Shown: piece after piece, positions 58,320-64,000 of the stretch
Layout of the letters: each line of letters begins with the position of its first letter
Numbering within the stretch: position 1 is the first letter of the stretch
Made by a program: the position numbers and the translations under genes
Virus record (IMG/VR): IMGVR_UViG_3300001682_000595
DNA: 64,000 bases
Strand: one strand, 5' to 3'
From: an uncultured virus (IMG/VR IMGVR_UViG_3300001682_000595)
Taxonomy: Duplodnaviria > Heunggongvirae > Uroviricota > Caudoviricetes
Notes under the pieces: generated by a model
The model's database searches: none
Told to the model about the DNA's origin: nothing
Seen by the model: the letters and a program-made list of their open reading frames with translations, nothing else

Positions 58320-60617
58320 TTATTCTTCTCCACCCATCATCATGTTGTAGTGTTGCTCCTGCTCTAGGGCTGTAAAAATCAACTTAAAGACCGCTTTGTA
58401 CAGATTAATGTCGGCACAGCTATCAACATAGTTCAAGCCGTCGCAGAAACTGATCGAGTTTACGTTAATATAGGAGAGCATCGCAGAGGCAAGGTGATAT
58501 TTTGTATAGTCTGGTTGCCCATTCTCCATCGTTTCGACAAACTTTTCCTTGTTCTCTTCCAGAACTCGCTTACGTATGTTTACACCGTCGTAGCCGCAAA
58601 GTTGCATGAAGTAATACTCCAGAATTCGACGAATTACGTTCAGTACGGGGATCGCTGTATCGACCTCTCGGTATTCGCTCCAGAGGGCGGCGTAGGAGTT
58701 CACGACAGGATTATAATTCTCATTTTCGGTCGGGATTTTTTGGCTCTGTCGTACACAAAGTCTGACGGATGAGTTATTGCTCGTTTTGTTTACTATAAAT
58801 AATGATACGCATTTGAAGCGTTTTGTCTGGTTGTAGGTTATTTCCCTATGGAAATAGACATTATGGGTCAGGATAAAAATCTGCTTAATATAATCACCCT
58901 GAACCTGATTATCCAAGTAGCTGACATTGTTATAACAGACCTCGATCATCTCTCTTACTAACGTACTGACGATAAACAGAACGCTACTGTCCAGGCTCGA
59001 AACGGGATCGTCAATTACGACAATCTTATCCTTGCTGACATCCGCATTACTATGACTTCCGCGCACAAGGTGGTAAAAGTACAGAAAAGCTATGAAATTC
59101 CGCTCACCCTCACTAAGGTTTTCGGCAACTTGACCATCTTGGCGAACCACTTCATACACATTCTGTTGGCCGCGTTTTTCTCTAAGGGAAAAGCCTTGAA
59201 ACCCCGAATCACGAAGTAAACTGTTAATACTCTTGATGGTAGGAGCGGTACTAACGATTTTCTTGTTAAGGTCGGCAATTTCCATTTCGAATGTGCGTGA
59301 AGCAGATCGAGCATCGTTTATCTGCTTCGTCAGAGCCATAATTTCGCCATCCAAATTCATCATGCTCGTTTTGTAAGATGCTACAACACTCTGCAAGATA
59401 AAAGCGATAAGTTCCCAGACCTTTGTCTTGCACTCGGCCTGGCTTTTCTGCTTGGCGCTGACTACTGCATTATTGGCTTGAATCAGTTTGTTAAATTCCA
59501 CTATGAGAGCACTCAGCTCCTCACGGACTGTTTTAACGGCCTCGTTGTCGAGGGTAATAACGGAAGATGGCTCATTAATTTTCGCTGCTATTTTTTGAAG
59601 GTTGCCGTCAACCAGTTTTTCCAAAAGTGTGAGTTTATCCATGTATTCCTTTATATTGATTTTCGGAAGCACGTCCTGTAAGTTGCAGTGAAGCACGTCA
59701 ATAAAGCCCTGCATATCGCTTTGGTAGTCATCATAAAACTGTCGGAGATTGTCGATATCCTCTTGGTATTGTCCGTCAAAGCAAGCAGCGATTTGTTCCT
59801 CGAAATCATAGGGTAGCTTTTGTTGGCAATAGGGGCATTTACCATCAGGTGTGTCGGCGAAGTGCTCATAACCTTGGCGTACCCAATCCGTTGCGTTAAG
59901 AGCCTTTATGAATCTGGAAAAATCCGTTTCGCCACTGCTAGTAATGGGTTTGGAGAGCAATTCATTGCCATTGGAGCCTTGAAGCCTCGTCACCCTGCCA
60001 AGTAGCTGAAACTCACGGTATGTACGGGCGTTAGGATCAAACGCTGTTTCGTATAGAGTTTGCAATTCCTTGATGTCATGTTCCGTCGGGTTTTTAATTT
60101 GCAGAACCTTATCAGCAAATTGTGCTTTGCGCTTATACCCGTCCTGTGTGGCATCAAACAGCTCACGTATTCTTTTTGTCTTATCCCAGCAGCTTTCTTG
60201 AAAATTCCCCCGAAGTGTTCCTTTCGCCATCTCCTTGCGTTCTTTTTCGGCAGACAGCCTTGCCTCCAAAGCATCCTGCTCAGACTTCAGAGCGGTTTTT
60301 GCGGCGATATCATTTTGAATTTGAATGTTTTGTTCACCGACTGTGAACACGCCCTTCAACTTTCCGTAGTCCTGAAAGTTAGCACTAACAAAATCCTGAT
60401 TATAGACTAGAATATTGTAATCGGCAGCGGATTTACCATCCTGCCATACAAGCCCACTATCCGCGCTGATTTCTCGCGCTATCGTCGATTTACCTGTGCC
60501 ATTATTACCATAAAAGAAGTTTATGAGCGTAGGTTCAAACGAAATATCGTGAAAAGTTGCGGCGTTTAGCGTGACTTTTTCGATTGCCGACGTTATCTTT
60601 GTATTCATCGTCATCAT
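58320..60617 (-). CDS. RloC-like AAA_13/SMC ATPase with zinc hook
   Basis: GNNGTGKST, CPYCQQ, LSEGE, IDDPVSSLD, LTHN, RRILEYYF. Confidence 0.85.
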   Translation of the reverse strand: MMTMNTKITSAIEKVTLNAATFHDISFEPTLINFFYGNNGTGKSTIAREISADSGLVWQDGKSAADYNILVYNQDFVSANFQDYGKLKGVFTVGEQNIQIQNDIAAKTALKSEQDALEARLSAEKERKEMAKGTLRGNFQESCWDKTKRIRELFDATQDGYKRKAQFADKVLQIKNPTEHDIKELQTLYETAFDPNARTYREFQLLGRVTRLQGSNGNELLSKPITSSGETDFSRFIKALNATDWVRQGYEHFADTPDGKCPYCQQKLPYDFEEQIAACFDGQYQEDIDNLRQFYDDYQSDMQGFIDVLHCNLQDVLPKINIKEYMDKLTLLEKLVDGNLQKIAAKINEPSSVITLDNEAVKTVREELSALIVEFNKLIQANNAVVSAKQKSQAECKTKVWELIAFILQSVVASYKTSMMNLDGEIMALTKQINDARSASRTFEMEIADLNKKIVSTAPTIKSINSLLRDSGFQGFSLREKRGQQNVYEVVRQDGQVAENLSEGERNFIAFLYFYHLVRGSHSNADVSKDKIVVIDDPVSSLDSSVLFIVSTLVREMIEVCYNNVSYLDNQVQGDYIKQIFILTHNVYFHREITYNQTKRFKCVSLFIVNKTSNNSSVRLCVRQSQKIPTENENYNPVVNSYAALWSEYREVDTAIPVLNVIRRILEYYFMQLCGYDGVNIRKRVLEENKEKFVETMENGQPDYTKYHLASAMLSYINVNSISFCDGLNYVDSCADINLYKAVFKLIFTALEQEQHYNMMMGGEE

Positions 60618-60762
60618 CCTTTACGGCTAAACTATTAACGGAGTAATCTCAAAACGCCCAACTTACGTCTGCCTTTAAGTAGTAGGATAATTACAGCTAC
60701 TATTAGCGCGACACGTATAATGTAAAAACTCCACATTTAACCTCCATGTTATCCGTAAGTAC

Positions 60763-63700
60763 TTATCCGCACACCAGTTCCCACAGCCTGTCATAACTGT
60801 CCACAACATCATATTTGACGTTTTCACCGCTGATGGCGCGGAAATGCTCGCGGGCGCAGTGGGCTTTCGCTTTTTCTATCTCGCGCAGTTCCATCGTAGA
60901 CATATCGCCCTTTGTCTCCGCGACAAAGTAGATGTGCTTTACCTTCCCCTCGTAAAAGGCAATTGCCCAGTCGGGGTTGTACTTTCCGACCGGAGTGCTG
61001 ATATAGAACCCTCTTGGCAGCTTGACATAAACCTCAACCTCTTTGCTGTGCGCTTCCAGTTCGGCGGCGAAGTCACGCTCTTTGGTAGAATCATAAATAA
61101 CATAATCGTACAGATGCCGCTTTGCAGCCATCGCATTTATGCCTAAGGCGCCTTTTTTCAAATCAGGCTCAGTAAAAATCTCTGTGCCAAACGCTGCGGT
61201 AAGTTTGTCGTAGGTGATATGCTCGATGATCGCCGTGGCTTTCTGTTCGTTTATGAGATTCGAGGCGCGTATAATAAACTCCTCCGGGTTATAACCGAAT
61301 TGTTCGAATACCGCCTTTTCGATGCCCGTCAGAATTGACACTACCGCCTTTCTCGTAAGCCCCGTTTCAGCGACGATCTTGCCAACAAGATCATATCGGG
61401 CAAAACTGCTCGCCTTCATCGCCGTGTAGGAAGAAGCATCCTCGCGCGCAAGATCGGTTCGGACAAAGGCTTCCCCAGCCTGCAGTTGGTCTTTGGATTC
61501 TATCGTTTCGGCTTGCTCGCCTTTTTCAACTTTAAAGTATATTTTGGATACGCGCAGGCGCTTGTTCAGTACATCAATCGCCTTGGCGATCAGTTCGTTC
61601 TCGTCAAAACTCACGGTATAGTAGCTTTTGCTGTTGATATATGACCATAGTTCCTGAAATGCCTTGCTATCCAGTTTTTCCTTGTCAAGCGCGATCTCCA
61701 CCGTGTTTCTGCGGGCATCCTCCGGCTTGCCAACGTTCGGGTCATAGACGGAATCAAGAACGGCCATGACTTCGACGGCGCGGCCTGCGGTTTCCTCGGG
61801 AACGGCCAACGCTCCGTTTTTCTTATCCTCATAGTACTTATCGGTCAGTTCGCCGCGCTTTACATAGCCGTTTTCGATCAGGCTTTCGTAAATAACAAGG
61901 GCGATGTCTTCGCCGAACGTCTCCGTAAACAGCTTCGCCTCCACCTTGCGCGGACGGTCGGCAACCGCCTCGGCGATCTCGCTTTGCAACGCTTTGGCGA
62001 AGCTTTCATAGCTTTCGTTTGCGATAACCGTCAGCACGTTGACGTTGTGGATCTCGTCGCGGGAGAGGACGTTTTCGTCCATGCGCTCGCCGTTTTGGTT
62101 GACGGCAAGGCGCAGCCCGCGCCCGACTTCCTGACGTTTGCGGACGTCGCTGCCACTCTGTTTCAGCGTGCAGATCTGGAACACGTTCGGATTGTCCCAG
62201 CCCTCGCGCAGCGCCGAATGGCTGAATATGAACCGCACAGGCTCGCGGCGGTCAAGCAGGCGCTCCTTGTCCTTCATGATAAGGTCGTAGGCGTCGGCGT
62301 CGGCGGAAGTGCGTTCTTTTCTATCATCCAGTTTGCTGTCGATCATGCGCCCGCTCTTTTTATCGACGGAGAAGTAGCCCGCGTGCGTCCGTTCGGCGGG
62401 TATGCCGTCGAGGTATTTCAAATACTCCTGTGAATCCTCAAGCTGAAGCTGCATATTACCGACGATTGCTTTATATTCTTCCTCAAAAACTTTCGCGTAA
62501 ATTCCGCACACGGCGTTGCCGTTCGCGTCGTATTGCCTGTACTTAGCCACCTCATCGATAAAGAACAGGGACAGCACTTTGATGCCTTTGGAGAAGAGCC
62601 GCCGCTCCCGCTCGATGTGGGAGAGGATGGTTTCCCGTATCTGAATACGGCGAAGCTGCTCCTCGCTGACCGAGCCGATGACGTCTCCCGCGAACAGCTT
62701 TTTGCCGTTGACAAACTCCACGGAAGAATCGCGCCCGTCAATCCGCAATACCGTGTATCCATTTTTGTATTCGGCAAGTTCGCCGGAGTTGTCGTACAGG
62801 TTATAGCCCTCGCCCACGACACGCGATACTTTGCGGACTCCGGACGCGCCTTTTACGTCGAATTCGATCGTGGCGGTCGGGTTGCCCTTGGAGAGGTTGA
62901 TGCTCTGCACATAGACATAACCTTCGGTTGCGGTGCTGCCGGAAACGGATATGCCCTTGACGGCGATCTTCTTCACCAGCCGCTTGTTGTAGGCTTCGAG
63001 CGCGTCGAGACGGTAAACCATATTGTACATGCTGTCTGCGCGGTGGGTCGCCGAATAACGAAGCGTGAACAGCGGGTTGAACTCGCGCAGACGCTCTCTA
63101 GTGGCCGCGCCCTCAACGGATTGCGGCTCGTCGATGATCAGTATCGGGTTCGTCTTTGCTATGATGTCGATGGGGCGGCGGGAGCGGAACTCGTCGAGCT
63201 TCATGTAGATGCGCCGCGCTTCCTTGCCCCGTGCGTTGAACGCCTGGCTGTTGATGATCATGACATTGATCGCGCTGTCGGAGGCGAAGCGGTCTATCTC
63301 GGTAAGCTGCGCCGAATTGTAGATGAAATATCGGATCTTCTTGCCGTAATCCTCCGCGAAATGCTCCTCGGTCATCTGGAACGACTTGAACACGCCCTCG
63401 CGGATGGCCACGCTTGGCACCACGACGATGAATTTGCTCCAGCCGTAGCGCTTGTTGAGCTCGTACATCGTCTTGATGTAGGTATAGGTCTTGCCCACGC
63501 CGGTTTCCATTTCGACGGTGAGATTATACCGCCCCTCCAGCTTGTCCGAAGGCTTGATATGCCCGCTTCGCTGAACGGCGCGGATGTTCTCCAGGATCCT
63601 ATCGTCCGAAATGGCGATTGGCGCATTGTTGAAACCAGTGAACTTCAGGGCGTGCTCAAGCGACACCTGCCCCAAGCCGGGGTCTATCATATAGGTGGGC

Positions 63701-63786
63701 GTGTGGTAAGGCTGGCCCGCGAACGCGTCGCAGACTGCCTTCGCCGCGTCCTCTTGAAATCGCTGATGCCGGAATTGCAGTTTCAT
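60763..63786 (-). CDS. res: type III restriction endonuclease Res subunit
   Basis: METGVGKT, IIDEPQ, YSATH, LREGWDNPN, YNPDW...AETK. Confidence 0.93.
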   Translation of the reverse strand: MKLQFRHQRFQEDAAKAVCDAFAGQPYHTPTYMIDPGLGQVSLEHALKFTGFNNAPIAISDDRILENIRAVQRSGHIKPSDKLEGRYNLTVEMETGVGKTYTYIKTMYELNKRYGWSKFIVVVPSVAIREGVFKSFQMTEEHFAEDYGKKIRYFIYNSAQLTEIDRFASDSAINVMIINSQAFNARGKEARRIYMKLDEFRSRRPIDIIAKTNPILIIDEPQSVEGAATRERLREFNPLFTLRYSATHRADSMYNMVYRLDALEAYNKRLVKKIAVKGISVSGSTATEGYVYVQSINLSKGNPTATIEFDVKGASGVRKVSRVVGEGYNLYDNSGELAEYKNGYTVLRIDGRDSSVEFVNGKKLFAGDVIGSVSEEQLRRIQIRETILSHIERERRLFSKGIKVLSLFFIDEVAKYRQYDANGNAVCGIYAKVFEEEYKAIVGNMQLQLEDSQEYLKYLDGIPAERTHAGYFSVDKKSGRMIDSKLDDRKERTSADADAYDLIMKDKERLLDRREPVRFIFSHSALREGWDNPNVFQICTLKQSGSDVRKRQEVGRGLRLAVNQNGERMDENVLSRDEIHNVNVLTVIANESYESFAKALQSEIAEAVADRPRKVEAKLFTETFGEDIALVIYESLIENGYVKRGELTDKYYEDKKNGALAVPEETAGRAVEVMAVLDSVYDPNVGKPEDARRNTVEIALDKEKLDSKAFQELWSYINSKSYYTVSFDENELIAKAIDVLNKRLRVSKIYFKVEKGEQAETIESKDQLQAGEAFVRTDLAREDASSYTAMKASSFARYDLVGKIVAETGLTRKAVVSILTGIEKAVFEQFGYNPEEFIIRASNLINEQKATAIIEHITYDKLTAAFGTEIFTEPDLKKGALGINAMAAKRHLYDYVIYDSTKERDFAAELEAHSKEVEVYVKLPRGFYISTPVGKYNPDWAIAFYEGKVKHIYFVAETKGDMSTMELREIEKAKAHCAREHFRAISGENVKYDVVDSYDRLWELVCG

Positions 63787-63799
63787 TTTCCGCGCCCTC

Positions 63800-64000
63800 C
63801 TATATCACTTTTACGCTGGTATTCGGCGCGAGCAACTTGAATATCTCAAACACGTTGATCTTCTCNNNNNNNNNNNNNNNNNNNNNNNNNNNNNNNNNNN
63901 NNNNNNNNNNNNNNNNNNNNNNNNNNNNNNNNNNNNNNNNNNNNNNNNNNNNNNNNNNNNNNNNNNNNNNNNNNNNNNNNNNNNNNACAGCAGGTCCATA
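63800..64000 (-). CDS. mod: type III Mod methyltransferase, C-terminal fragment (mostly N gap)
   Basis: ...EKINVFEIFKLLAPNTSVKVI* directly upstream of res. Confidence 0.7.
   Translation of the reverse strand, partial: YGPAXXXXXXXXXXXXXXXXXXXXXXXXXXXXXXXXXXXXXXXXXEKINVFEIFKLLAPNTSVKVI

Noticed and set aside
62533..63840. Long antisense ORFs (this one, 29356-30462, 35709-36635 and others)
   Set aside because: Shadow or alternative frames of well-supported GC-rich genes, with no recognisable motifs.

Overview
A Firmicutes (Clostridia-like) accessory region built from pieces of three related prophage-like elements that use triple serine recombinases. Gene content and the rlmD/rumA-type att site resemble the phi-m46.1/phi-SsUD.1 family. 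(A) 1-22743: a minus-strand replication module (sigma-like factor, DUF2800, SSB, PolA, Rha, broken VirE primase, broken VRR-NUC, SNF2), then a divergent defence island (XRE HTH, Lamassu/ABC-3C trio, type III-like Mod/Res, GmrSD, ADP-ribosylglycohydrolase fusion). It ends at an att junction carrying an rlmD 3' tail (HVETVVLMTRVKD*), flanked by two different repeat arrays. (B) 22744-39875: cassette-like cargo, three serine recombinases, lysis genes and a tail module (minus strand). A 3.46-kb RIT element (three tyrosine recombinases, perfect 77-bp terminal inverted repeats, 39876-43337) follows. It abuts the 5' ends of two homologous, divergently oriented tape-measure genes, and each repeat carries an outward-facing Shine-Dalgarno sequence. 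(C) 43336-56400: a second tail/lysis/recombinase module (plus strand), cut in its third recombinase by a minus-strand defence block (GIY-YIG, RloC-like ATPase, type III R-M). There are four N gaps and many small indels, so assembly artefacts cannot be excluded.
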